Notes: generated by a model not told the origin, from the letters alone. Positions 43,101 through 53,482 are shown, counted from the stretch's first letter. The stretch: 64,000 bases of DNA from Candidatus Bathyarchaeota archaeon (GCA_963782525.1 CAWAKC010000009.1:1-64000); one strand, 5' to 3'. Made by a program: numbers and translations.

Positions 43101-44219
43101 TTAAGCAGGGTAAACTTTTTGCGCACCTTGCTTCTTAACAAACAGGCGATAAAGCTTAACGAAAGCCTTCTTGTCAAGCTTTGAATATTTTAAAGCAAAC
43201 TTCATCAACATCTGTGATCTACGTATACTTTTGTAGCTACTGCCGCTTTTCCATTCTTTTTCAAATTGACCCAAAAAAGCTTCATTAAACTTGCTTTCTT
43301 CCAGAGCCCTTACAGCTATTTCACCCGCCAACGTTCCCCCCATAATGCCGTGCCCAATACCACTCCCCCAATTTGAATCAACCATTCCAGCAGCATCCCC
43401 AATCACCAACATTCGGTCTCCATGAATTTTAGACGCATGCTCTAAAGGAATAAGGGCTGCAGTGAATCTCAACTTCGCTTTTCCAGACAACTTCACGGAC
43501 GCTAAAGGATGCTTGTATACGAGAAAATCCAAATAATCTCGAATATTTTTTTGCATTGACGAAACCACGCACCCAACACCAACATTTACGACATCCCTTT
43601 TAGGAAAAATCCATCCATAACCCCAATTTGAAACATCTCGATCAAAGAAAATCTCAAGACTCTCAGAGGAATTAGCATGCGATTCCAGCTCATAGATCGC
43701 CGAAAGCGACTTTAACATGTTACTACGGGCGTTAAAACCAATTCCAAACTTTTTAAAAGCAAGAGTGTTAGGTCCATCAGCAAATATAACGAGCTTAGTC
43801 TTTGTGCTAGAATTTTCTCCTGTTACGCAATTTTTCAAGCTAACGATTAGTCCGTTTCGATCTCGCGATACATCAGTTACCAATGTAGAGGGCAACAATT
43901 CTGCTCCTTCGTTTGAGGCTTTCGTTGCCAAGAATCTATCAAATACATTTCTTTGAACTGATATACAGGGTTGCTTATGCACATATTCTTCAGATGGAAA
44001 ATAGTAAATTGATTCCGAGATATTTTTCTCCACTACTTCCGTTGGCAAATTCAAATGTTGAGCATATATCCCTTCAATTCCACCCGCACAAACATTATTC
44101 TGCCCGGGGAAAGAATCTTTCTCAATTAGAAGAACCTTGATTCCTTTCTTAGCTATCTCACTGGCAGCAGAGGATCCAGCGGGTCCAGCCCCAATTATAA
44201 CAACATCAGAAGCAAACAT
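43101..44219 (-). CDS. Geranylgeranyl reductase family flavoprotein
   Basis: IGAGPAGS, VCAGG, FDRFLA, ADG, GYGWIFPK, IGDAAG..GSGI. Confidence 0.85.
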   Translation of the reverse strand: MFASDVVIIGAGPAGSSAASEIAKKGIKVLLIEKDSFPGQNNVCAGGIEGIYAQHLNLPTEVVEKNISESIYYFPSEEYVHKQPCISVQRNVFDRFLATKASNEGAELLPSTLVTDVSRDRNGLIVSLKNCVTGENSSTKTKLVIFADGPNTLAFKKFGIGFNARSNMLKSLSAIYELESHANSSESLEIFFDRDVSNWGYGWIFPKRDVVNVGVGCVVSSMQKNIRDYLDFLVYKHPLASVKLSGKAKLRFTAALIPLEHASKIHGDRMLVIGDAAGMVDSNWGSGIGHGIMGGTLAGEIAVRALEESKFNEAFLGQFEKEWKSGSSYKSIRRSQMLMKFALKYSKLDKKAFVKLYRLFVKKQGAQKVYPA

Positions 44220-44350
44220 TTCGTATCCCTTCTCCCCATTATTTTTTGGCTAATAGAAAACTATGTCCAACTAATGAATTACCAAATTAGATGAATGGTA
44301 CTAGATTCTACCGTAAAAGTACAATCAGAAATTTTTTAGCGCTCTTAAAA

Positions 44351-45616
44351 TTAGCTAATTTCTTTTGTAACTTCTTCATAAAGCTCATAATAGGAATCCA
44401 ACATCTTCGACATAGTAAATTCTGTTCTAATTCGCCGATACGCATTTTCTGCATAGCGGTCTCTTTCCGTTTGATTGTTCAGAAGCCGAGCGATTGATTG
44501 GGCAACGATTTGAGGATTTTCAGGAGGAATTAAAATAGCACTATTAGAATCAAACATTTCCAAGTTTCCACCAACGGCAGTTGTGACTATAGGTAATTTC
44601 ATTGCACCTGCTTCAAGCAAAGCAATATCAAAGACTGCAACTACGGATGGAATAACAAAAATAGAAGCTACATTTAGAAACTTTAAGAGATCAAGTCTAT
44701 CCAAATAATCCACTATTAATATGGTATCCTGCAACTTCTTGTCATGTATGGTCTTTTGAAGTGTTTCTTTTAGCGGACCCCTTCCTACAATAACACAGCT
44801 AAATTTGAAAGGAACGGACTTAACTAACAACTCTATTGCTAAAATTAAGTCTGTGACACCTTTATCTTCAACCAATTTGGATACACACAAAATTAGGGGA
44901 TACGTCGAATTTATGCCAAATTTGGTTAAAAAAAGAGGATCATCGGGAATCTGATCGAACTGTCTAAAATCAATTCCGTTATAAACAATTCGAACATCTT
45001 TGTTTGAAAGCAACCTAGGATTAGCAATTTCAAACAAGTCTTGTGCGCCTTTGCTGGGAAAAGTAATGATTTCGGCTTGCTCAATTGCCTTTCGTTCAAT
45101 GTACTTCATAACTATGGGAAGTGGACCTCTTCGAAAGGTTACAGGAATTTGGTTTAGAAGATCTCGTACCCAACCACCTTTATAATGTATTGAAATTATA
45201 ATAGGATATTTTCTTCCATAGCATAACTGGCAAACAAATGCGGACAAAAGATCATTAGCATGAAAAATTACAGATGAATTCTTATGAGCGGCCAATTCAT
45301 TTCCAATGTTGTACAAGAGCATAGGGATGGAGCGAACAAACGCAAAACAGAGTCGTAAGAACCTAGGAATACGCTCACGTTTTTTGAGATTACCTTTAGA
45401 CAAAACATCCTTGTCTAATGCCTCAAGCTCTCTATAAGAATGAACAATTCTATCAAAATAAACAGCTGACACAGTGAGTTTCTGGTTTGTTTCTTCAAAA
45501 CCCTTCAACAGAACGCGGACCATTAGAGGTGGGCCGCCTAAACTGTCTTTGCTGACGTCTTTAGTAAGCAAGATCGTATGCAAACGACTACTCTTCAAAT
45601 CTGAGCTATTTTCCAT
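44351..45616 (-). CDS. Glycosyltransferase family 4
   Basis: VYNGID, EDKG, LLEAGA, VGGNLE. Confidence 0.85.
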   Translation of the reverse strand: MENSSDLKSSRLHTILLTKDVSKDSLGGPPLMVRVLLKGFEETNQKLTVSAVYFDRIVHSYRELEALDKDVLSKGNLKKRERIPRFLRLCFAFVRSIPMLLYNIGNELAAHKNSSVIFHANDLLSAFVCQLCYGRKYPIIISIHYKGGWVRDLLNQIPVTFRRGPLPIVMKYIERKAIEQAEIITFPSKGAQDLFEIANPRLLSNKDVRIVYNGIDFRQFDQIPDDPLFLTKFGINSTYPLILCVSKLVEDKGVTDLILAIELLVKSVPFKFSCVIVGRGPLKETLQKTIHDKKLQDTILIVDYLDRLDLLKFLNVASIFVIPSVVAVFDIALLEAGAMKLPIVTTAVGGNLEMFDSNSAILIPPENPQIVAQSIARLLNNQTERDRYAENAYRRIRTEFTMSKMLDSYYELYEEVTKEIS

Positions 45617-45659
45617 CCTAAATCCACTCTGTTCAAATATTCAATAAAACCTGTCAAAA

Positions 45660-46778
45660 TTACTGCAGACGATTAAATAATGATTCCATAGTATCAATCA
45701 TTAAGCCTATTGTGTACTTTTTCCTATAAAGACTATAAGCGATAGCAGATTTTTCATCAATAACTTCAGGAGACATCTCAAGTTGTTCCAATTTCAACCT
45801 GAAATCTTCAGGTGTCTTACTGAAGTATATTGCAGAGTTTTCAGCAACCTCTCTATTATAGGGACAATCAATAGCTAAAGTCACATTTTTGCAGCTTAAA
45901 GCTTCAATTAAAGAAGGATTTGCTCCACCAACTTCATGACCATGAACATAAACAAAACAATTATGCCTCAAAGTTCTTTGAACCTGAGGGTCAAATATTC
46001 CACCTAAGAAAAGAACTCTATCATCATGGCACTCCAAAAGTTTCCTTACAAAATCACTGTTTTTCAATGGCCCAACAATGGCCAACTTCTTTTTTGAATT
46101 AGATATGCAGAATTCAGCTAAAATCAAGTCTATGTTATTTTCAGGCTCTAACCTTGCAATTACCAAATAATAATCTTGTTTTGATAGGTTAAATTTATTC
46201 AAACATTCATCTGCAGAACTGTTTTCAAATGGTTGAATTTCCTCCACACCAGTTGGAACATACAATGAAGCAATTGAATAATTTTGATCATAATATTGGC
46301 CAATGACCGGCGAATCAACAAGTACTTTATTTGAAACTTTAACGATGACTTTTTCGAACTGTTTAAGTTGGAACCGCAAAAAACGGCTAAATTTCCTACG
46401 TTTCCACTCTAACCCGTCGACGTGAACAAAAACTTTGCGTCCCAACAATCTAGGAACGATTAGGCTTGGTGGAAAATAACAACCTAACATTAAAATATGA
46501 TCAGTCTTTAGAGAAGCCCAAAAAATGGAAAGCATATCATACAAACCAGGTTCAGCTAAATTGCGAATTGCTTCAATAATTGGAAAATAGACTAATTTAG
46601 CTCCATAATATTCTTCAGAAGCTTTAGGATTAAGGAGTTTTGTTTCACAACTTACGTATACTTCAAAACCTCTTAAGGACAATTCCTTACTAAGGTGTTT
46701 TGCAATTGTTTCAAAGCCACCGTACTTTGGAGGCAGTCCTCGGGTTCCAAGAATAGCAATTGATGTTTTTCTATTCAT
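45660..46778 (-). CDS. GT4, DUF1972 rhamnosyltransferase-like
   Basis: GTRGLPPKYGGFET, DGLEWKR, RLEPENN, HGHEVGGANPSLIEAL. Confidence 0.85.
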   Translation of the reverse strand: MNRKTSIAILGTRGLPPKYGGFETIAKHLSKELSLRGFEVYVSCETKLLNPKASEEYYGAKLVYFPIIEAIRNLAEPGLYDMLSIFWASLKTDHILMLGCYFPPSLIVPRLLGRKVFVHVDGLEWKRRKFSRFLRFQLKQFEKVIVKVSNKVLVDSPVIGQYYDQNYSIASLYVPTGVEEIQPFENSSADECLNKFNLSKQDYYLVIARLEPENNIDLILAEFCISNSKKKLAIVGPLKNSDFVRKLLECHDDRVLFLGGIFDPQVQRTLRHNCFVYVHGHEVGGANPSLIEALSCKNVTLAIDCPYNREVAENSAIYFSKTPEDFRLKLEQLEMSPEVIDEKSAIAYSLYRKKYTIGLMIDTMESLFNRLQ

Positions 46779-46942
46779 AATCCCGTCAACAACTATGGTG
46801 ATTTATAATCGTATTGGCAACTCACTCGATAGGAAATCAATATTGCGTTTAGACCCGCTTACAAAATAAGGGCGAAAAACAACCGAACTTTAAGGCTTTC
46901 TTGCGTCTCAAAAACAAAATAGTTGAACTAATAACAAATCGA

Positions 46943-47695
46943 CTATAAGGAACGAAAAAACTCTAGAAAAATTGTGTTAAGAATTCTGAAGCCATCTCTA
47001 AAAGTGTGGAGGTTAGAATTTCCATTTTTTCTCTCATACTCTATACTCGGAACCTCTTGAACCACTAACCCCAAATCTAATGCTTTAATAAAAATCTCAG
47101 TCTCGATCTCAAAGCCATCAGACTTCAAAACCGGAGACAACTTTTCAATCGCATTCTTGTTAAATGCCATATACCCATAACACAAATCAGTGTATTTACT
47201 TAACCAGAAAAGATTCACGGCGAATATCATCATGGAATTGCCAAACCACCTAAGAGCATCCATATCGAAAGTCCGGCCACCTTTTAAGAAGCGAGAACCT
47301 TTTACAACGTCTACGCCATGATTCAGAGCTTTAACAAACTCGGGTATTTCCCCAGGATTCATGGAACAATCTGCGTCCATTAGAACATAGGCGTCAACGT
47401 CAAAATAGTGGTTTTTTAGAACTTGACGAATGGCATTTCCTTTTCCTTGATCTACTTGAGAGACAACTTTTGCACCACATTTTTCTGCAACTTTTATGGT
47501 ATTGTCTTTTGACTTCCCATCAATAACTAAAATATTTTTGTAACCTATCTTATTCACCTTATTGAGAACTTCTTCAATATTTTTCTCCTCATTTATTGCA
47601 GGTATAACAATTCCGACGTTTAACGGCGTATATTTTGAAATTTCTTCAATATTATCCTTAGATGACATCGATGAAGACCCAGAATTAACCACCAT
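46943..47695 (-). CDS. GT2, dolichol-phosphate glycosyltransferase-like
   Basis: IPAINEE, DGKSKD, DADC, GSRF, DLCYG, FEIETE. Confidence 0.85.
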   Translation of the reverse strand: MVVNSGSSSMSSKDNIEEISKYTPLNVGIVIPAINEEKNIEEVLNKVNKIGYKNILVIDGKSKDNTIKVAEKCGAKVVSQVDQGKGNAIRQVLKNHYFDVDAYVLMDADCSMNPGEIPEFVKALNHGVDVVKGSRFLKGGRTFDMDALRWFGNSMMIFAVNLFWLSKYTDLCYGYMAFNKNAIEKLSPVLKSDGFEIETEIFIKALDLGLVVQEVPSIEYERKNGNSNLHTFRDGFRILNTIFLEFFRSL

Positions 47696-47964
47696 AAAAC
47701 ACCAACCTCAAAACACGATTTTTAGATTTCTTGTATTTTCACTACAATTCCAATTTGGAAAAAGAATTAGATTGAGCAGCATCACTCGTTAGGAAAAACC
47801 GTTAGCTTTTAAAATTTAACTCTTTGAACAGTTAGTATTTTCTTTTTAGAGTCAATCTTGCGAAAGTTCACGAATCAAAATTACACAAATTCTTATTGCT
47901 TTTGTAATTATTTCTTTAAACCAGTTTATTTCAAAATTTTGAACAGTCTTTAAATAATTCAGAC

Positions 47965-48684
47965 TTAATATGTAGCATTTGACATTATTCTTCTAAAAAT
48001 TTCAAGACTATTCTTGAATCCAAGTTTCTTTTCACCCAAACGCTCACGATACCTAATCGGAACCTCCATGATTCCAAAACCTTCCCGCTCAATATGATTA
48101 TTGAGCACTTCAATATAAAAGCCCTTAGATTTTACCCTCCAATTTCTAAGGATACCCGCACGCACCACACGCAATCCTGTCAACGGACCAACCAACGAGA
48201 CACTGTTTAACAAATTATGGACAAAGGCAATGAACCGATTGCCCAAGTAGAAAATGCCATTTAATCCTTTGAGGTCTAAGTAACCGCTGAATCTGTTACC
48301 ACATACCGTGCCCACATCGGGCGTCTCCTCCAAAATTTTAATCATCTCTGGAACGTGTTCAGCGGGATACGTGTAATCTGCATCTGTTATAACAATGCAA
48401 TCAACTTTTGGATCCGAGAACTAAATTGCCGTAGCTAAAGCATCACCCTTGCCTAATCCATCTTGTAAAAGAACTTGGGCGCCCAATTTCTTGGCTACCT
48501 CGACCGTTCGATCTGTGCTTCTGCCATCAACAACCAAAATCCGCGTATTCTTAAGAGTTTTGTTAAGCTCAGAAATTGTGAGGCCGATGCCTTCTTCCTC
48601 GTTTAGCGCAGCTATGAGGACTTGCGTAGAAGGGGCACCCTGTTTTCCTCCCGCCACCTTATGCTCCTCTGAATACTTACTCAA
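47965..48684 (-). pseudogene. GT2 DPM-like duplicate of 50321-51019 with an in-frame TAG at 48421
   Basis: The frame continues ATAI*FSDPKVDCIVITDADYTYP into ORF 47965-48345. Confidence 0.85.
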
Positions 48685-48742
48685 TTAGCAAACCAACCTC
48701 TTTTCAGGTTCTATTCGAAATTTTGGGTTATAAAACAGGAAT

Positions 48743-49342
48743 TTAGAGGGTTCGGGTTAGATTCAATTGAAGGCTTACGTATCGATAGTTAAATTCAACT
48801 GTTCCTGTTTGCCCATTGTAGAGCCATAGTTCAAAGAATAGTCGATATGAGTATGTGGTGCTGTTTGAATTCCATGTGGTGGGTTTTTCTACGTTAAGTG
48901 TGACATCGTTTATTTTTAGGGTGTTGATTTGTGCGTTGTTTCCTTGGATTGAAGCGTTAGAAACTGAAAAATTCAGAAGGCTCTGCCAATTTGTGCTGTC
49001 TGGAATTGAAAACCGGTATTCATACAAGGGCGTAAGGGGACTTGGTGTTCCAGAAGTTGCATTTGGAAATTGATCGGTCTCGTTGCCAAGCTTCACATAC
49101 AAGACATAGTAAGCTGAGGCGCCTAAGTGGTTTCCAACATTTACATAAACGGAGTAGTTCTGGCCAACCGCCATGTTGGATGGGTAGTTTTCAGCCATTT
49201 GGTTTGGACCTAAAAGGTAAAGCTCAGAAAACTGCTCGCCGACGGGAGGCTGAATGGCGCCAGCAATTGCGTGGGAGGCAATGAGCAGAGAGCCAATTAT
49301 TGCAACGGCAATAAAGATGAGTTTGTAGTCTCCAAGTTTCAT
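48743..49342 (-). CDS. DUF1616 C-terminal-like extracellular protein
   Basis: N-terminal TM, EQFSELYLLG...AENYP, VGNHLG, RLFFELW. Confidence 0.7.
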   Translation of the reverse strand: MKLGDYKLIFIAVAIIGSLLIASHAIAGAIQPPVGEQFSELYLLGPNQMAENYPSNMAVGQNYSVYVNVGNHLGASAYYVLYVKLGNETDQFPNATSGTPSPLTPLYEYRFSIPDSTNWQSLLNFSVSNASIQGNNAQINTLKINDVTLNVEKPTTWNSNSTTYSYRLFFELWLYNGQTGTVEFNYRYVSLQLNLTRTL

Positions 49343-49845
49343 GAGTTGACTACCTCGGGTTTTGCTTCAGATAAACGCTCAATGTAATTTCGTTTATAAC
49401 GTCGCCAAACCAAGAACAAAACTAAAACAAACACTAAAACACCAATGACTGTTAAGGCTATGGTGGACCAGAAGCCGTTTTGACTGGAGACTATGGCGGT
49501 TTGTTGGGCATCTTGAGCTTCGTTTGTGACTTGTTGCGCTATTGGGAGGACGCTGTCTGCCTGAGTTGCGGCTTTGTTGGAGTCTCCAGTTCGGTTTGAG
49601 TTTTCTGCTTGAGCCAAGAGGCCCTGGGCAACATTAATCTGAGCCAGCAGATCTGCAACGTTAGCGCCAGCTTTTTCAGCATCCAAAACTGCGTTAAACG
49701 CCTGGTTAACTGCAGTGTTGGCTGCCTGCAACTTTGAGGTAGCTTGGTCTATTTGAGCAGTTGCCAGTTGAACACCAAGAAGGCATACGCTAAGCGCAAG
49801 CACAATCAGTAAAGCAACTATCGATTGTTTGATGTTAACACCCAA
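49339..49845 (-). CDS. Secreted/membrane helical protein with a C-terminal TM anchor
   Basis: Signal peptide, AEKAGANV helical core, TM followed by RRYKR. Confidence 0.7.
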   Translation of the reverse strand: MGVNIKQSIVALLIVLALSVCLLGVQLATAQIDQATSKLQAANTAVNQAFNAVLDAEKAGANVADLLAQINVAQGLLAQAENSNRTGDSNKAATQADSVLPIAQQVTNEAQDAQQTAIVSSQNGFWSTIALTVIGVLVFVLVLFLVWRRYKRNYIERLSEAKPEVVNS

Positions 49846-49872
49846 TTTTTTTCGCTCACAAATGTTGCTTTT

Positions 49873-50170
49873 CTAACAGCGTTGAGCTAGCCGTTCACGC
49901 TCCGAAACTAAGTTGTTGAGCATTTTCTGGGCGTTGCAGTAGCGCTCATGCAATTGTTTGTATTGGTTTAGCATTGTTGCGCCATGCTCAGTTGTCGTAT
50001 ACTTAGTTCCGTTCGCCTCAACAAATCCAGCCCGCAGGCAAATATCCAAATATTTTTCTAGAAGAGTGAAGCTCAAGTTTGCGCTAAACATGATTTGTTT
50101 TGCTTGCACCACATTTCACTGCTTCCAATATTGCAGCAATGATGCTTAGCCCATCACGATTTTTACCCAA
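49873..50170 (-). pseudogene. HTH_45-type winged-HTH regulator, frameshifted
   Basis: TTG 50170 gives MGKNRDGLSIIAAILE..ASKT, then a shift into IMFSANLSF..KYL. Confidence 0.7.
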
Positions 50171-50320
50171 AAAAACCTTTCCAGTCAAAGATTTTTCTAT
50201 CGAATCCCTCACTAATTCCTGCTATTGAGAAATCGCAGAACAAAGGGCTCGTTCATTAGTTATGATAATGTTACTTTTTGAAACAGATTAACTTGATTTA
50301 AAGTCGTTCGAAGAGTGCGT

Positions 50321-51019
50321 TTAATATGTTGCTTCAGACATTATGCGCATAAAAATTTCGATGCTATTCATAAATCCAAGCTTCTTCTCACCCAACCGCT
50401 CACGGTACTTAATGGGAACTTCTACAATGCCAAAACCTTCACGCTCCACATAATGATTAAGCTCCACCTCAACATCAAAACCCTTAGATCTTACACACCA
50501 ATTTCTAAGAAGCTTCGCACGCACCACTCGCAATCCTGTCAACGGATCCGCTAAAGAGACTCCGTTTAGAATGTTGTGTGCAAAAGCAATTAACCGATTG
50601 CCCAAATAAAATACGGCATTCAAACCCTTTAAATCTAAATAACCGCTAAATCGGTTTCCGCAAACCATTCCCACTTCAGGATTTTCATCCAAAATCTGAA
50701 TCATTCCTGGAACATGTTCAGCAGGATATGTGTAATCTGCATCTGTAATAACGATATAATCAACGGTTAAGTCCGAGCACTTAATCGCCGTAGCTAACGC
50801 AGTACCCTTGCCTAAGCCCTCCTGCAAAATAACTTGGGCGCCCAAATTCTTGGCTACCTCGACGGTATGATCTGTGCTTCTGCCATCAACAACCAAAATC
50901 CGCGTATTCTTAAGAGTTTTGTTAAGCTCAGAAATTGTGAGGCCGATGCCTTCTTCCTCGTTTAGCGCAGCTATGAGGACTTGCGTAGAAGGGGCACTAG
51001 GCATTTCTTTTTTCACCAC
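50321..51019 (-). CDS. GT2, dolichol-phosphate glycosyltransferase-like
   Basis: AALNEE, VDGRSTD, DADYTYP, DPLTGLR, FDVEVE. Confidence 0.85.
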   Translation of the reverse strand: MVKKEMPSAPSTQVLIAALNEEEGIGLTISELNKTLKNTRILVVDGRSTDHTVEVAKNLGAQVILQEGLGKGTALATAIKCSDLTVDYIVITDADYTYPAEHVPGMIQILDENPEVGMVCGNRFSGYLDLKGLNAVFYLGNRLIAFAHNILNGVSLADPLTGLRVVRAKLLRNWCVRSKGFDVEVELNHYVEREGFGIVEVPIKYRERLGEKKLGFMNSIEIFMRIMSEATY

Positions 51020-51747
51020 TTATCAAAACTCTTTTTTTATGGCTACAAACTTTTAAACTATGAATGTCTTTTAGTCGATACGATGATATATCAACTTTTA
51101 TAATCTCAAATTGTCAATCCTATTAGCGCAACAACCCAACAATTTATGAAAAATCTGCAAAGTTGTTTCTCGTGACATACATAGCCGACAATTACAAAAC
51201 CTTATATCCTAAGAGTCAAGCAGGAGTACAATACAGGTGTACCGAAGATAAATGCAACCTGTAGAAAAAAACGCAGTAAACTCGCATTAGTTTCACTCGC
51301 TCCCTTATTCTGGGCAGTCTTTGTTGTCGGCTGGATCATGTCTTGGATAGGACAATTAAGCCATTAAACATCCACAAACACTAACTCGCCCAAAAATATC
51401 TCGCACAATGAAAACCCTAATGCAAAAAACCAGCTAAAGCCCCCAACACAAAAACAAAAAATAAGCTTACCGCCAATGGATCCCTTCCTGACAGAAGCAG
51501 ACAGAAAAAAGTAAAGCTCTAACTAAGCGTTAAAAAAACAATTCGCTTTCGCCAGATGTTATTCTGAATGTATCTGTATTTACGTTTTTCGCTATCAACC
51601 GTTAAATCCATTGCTTGGTTGGTGAAAATATTTTTGATGAATTCTTTTCAACTCTAAACTGTTTTCTCAAAAACCAGTAGTTTTAAAATAAAGGATTTAT
51701 TTCATATTCAAAAAATTGGTATACCCAACCAAAAAATCTCTCGGCAT

Positions 51748-51981
51748 TTATTGCGGCTTTTCTTTTTTTTCGGTTTGGCCTGCTATATTTAGGACCTGCT
51801 TGGTTAATGCGTCGTTTAGGCGTTCAGCTTCTGCGGGTGTACAGTGGGGGGCTTTCAAATTTTGGAGATGCATATTTACATGATCTTCTATGGCTTTGCC
51901 CATTTCTTTCAAATCGGGCACCACCAGGATTTCGTCTCCACACTCGCACCTAACTTTGGGTAAGCCTTTGGGTTTCTTCAT
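51748..51981 (-). CDS. Small putative Zn-binding protein
   Basis: CECG...HVNMH; 77 aa. Confidence 0.55.
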   Translation of the reverse strand: MKKPKGLPKVRCECGDEILVVPDLKEMGKAIEDHVNMHLQNLKAPHCTPAEAERLNDALTKQVLNIAGQTEKKEKPQ

Positions 51982-52037
51982 TTTCCATCAACTTAATCTT
52001 TATTTTGATAAAAGTGGCTTGCAAAAATTTTTTTCTT

Positions 52038-52400
52038 TTATTTCAGGGATTCCCCTTTTCCAATTCCGCACATGTTTTCAAGGTGTTGTCGGTCTTTTGT
52101 GTTTTTCTCGACTTCTCCTATCAAACGATTTGAACGTTTTAGATATTCTTCATAGAGCTCAAGAAACTCTTTTCCTGTCGTTGTAGTTAAGTAGCCTGAT
52201 TCCCCGTCGAATGACAGAAGAGCGTTTCCCAAAAGAGCGCTTAGGTACTTTTCTAATTGATGAAAACTCAAATTAGCCCTATACATGATTCTAGTCTTGC
52301 AAACCTTAACTAACGCGATAGAAAGAACTTCGCGCACAATGTCTAAACTACTGCGATTCTTGTTGGCTGGTTTTTGATCTTTCAAAGACAAAAACAACAC
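52038..52400 (-). CDS. HTH_45-type winged-HTH regulator
   Basis: NRSSLDIVREVL..KTRIMYRANLS..KYL..YLTTTTGKEFL. Confidence 0.8.
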   Translation of the reverse strand: MLFLSLKDQKPANKNRSSLDIVREVLSIALVKVCKTRIMYRANLSFHQLEKYLSALLGNALLSFDGESGYLTTTTGKEFLELYEEYLKRSNRLIGEVEKNTKDRQHLENMCGIGKGESLK

Positions 52401-52680
52401 TTCAACGTTTTATATTTCAAGAATACAATCTTTTCAAATTAATGCTTTACAGTTCTAGGGGTTAGTCGTGAACTTGTTTCCACTAACAAATCCCCCCGTG
52501 ACCGGAGTGGACAATTCTTAAACTTTAAAGCTTAGCAATCAAGAACACTGCGGTTTAAGGTTATAAACTATAAAGGGCAACAAATAGAGCCCTTAGGTCC
52601 ACACAAAAAAACCACAATCCCAGCTCAACCTACAAGAAATAGATGGTTAACATTGAAATTTTTCAAGCAACAATAGAGCC

Positions 52681-52865
52681 AGAGAAGATGCAACTGCTAC
52701 TGCTGCTGCAACAACAGAAATTTGCACACCAATTGTTGCATCTATCAAAGACTCAACACCCAACCATCTACTTCAAAGTTGAAAGGAAGCAGAATCAAAG
52801 ATACGCGATAGAAGTTGTTGTTGTTGTTGTTACTACTGCATTCTCTGCAGACCGGTTGCAACAAC
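52681..52865 (-). repeat. Paired palindromic elements A' (52681-52744) and B' (52809-52865)
   Basis: Each is the reverse complement of A or B at 30615-30745. Confidence 0.75.
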
Positions 52866-52933
52866 GATCAAAAACAAACCCAAATTATACAACTCAGATT
52901 TCTAAAACTCAAAAGCAACCAAATAAATTATTA

Positions 52934-53209
52934 CTAAATAGAATACCCGAGATCATTTACTTTCCTAAGCAATAACAGCAAAGCTTTGCCTCGTGAAGTT
53001 ATGCAATAGCAACCGTTGCCTTCACCATCCTTGAATGCCTCAATAAAGCCCTTGCTTAGGAAATCTGAGAGATATCGGTTGAAACGTACGTAATTCAAAT
53101 TCGCTTGGTACATTATCCTCATTTTTTTCTGAGGCTTTAGGGTTGCCTCTAAAATGTCTATTGTGATGGTTACGCGGCTACGTTTCTGCAATATCTTCGC
53201 CTTAAACAA
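52934..53209 (-). CDS. HTH_45-type winged-HTH regulator
   Basis: KRSRVTITIDILE..KKMRIMYQANLN..RYL..KGFI..YCITSRGK; paralog of 6918-7229. Confidence 0.8.
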   Translation of the reverse strand: MFKAKILQKRSRVTITIDILEATLKPQKKMRIMYQANLNYVRFNRYLSDFLSKGFIEAFKDGEGNGCYCITSRGKALLLLLRKVNDLGYSI

Positions 53210-53336
53210 GCAACCTCGAAAAACGCATATAAGTAATATTTCGTGTATCGAAATATATCAAGAAAATAGCCGAGGTTTCCTATTTACCATCTCGTTTTTG
53301 CTTTAGAATGGTTTTGGCATCTGCAAATCAAATAAT

Positions 53337-53480
53337 TTGGCTTCATCATGCGTGTCGTTGTTTGTTGCTCATTTGGATCTTTGAGTTAAAAGTTGTCCTC
53401 GAGGAATATTTGAGTCATCTTTTCTGCGGGCTCAACTTCCAAGCTCCTGAAATACTCAGCTACTTTCGCAAAAAAACCTG
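53337..53480 (-). pseudogene. 3' stub of the gene at 62067-63032 plus downstream flank
   Basis: GFFAKVAEYFRSLEVEPAEKMTQIF; DNA colinear with 62019-62160. Confidence 0.8.
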
Positions 53481-53482
53481 CT

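Noticed and set aside
8209-48423. Stop-codon reassignment or pyrrolysine
   Set aside because: The stops are mixed TAA/TAG with different expected residues, the same codons end intact genes, and frameshifted pseudogenes co-occur.
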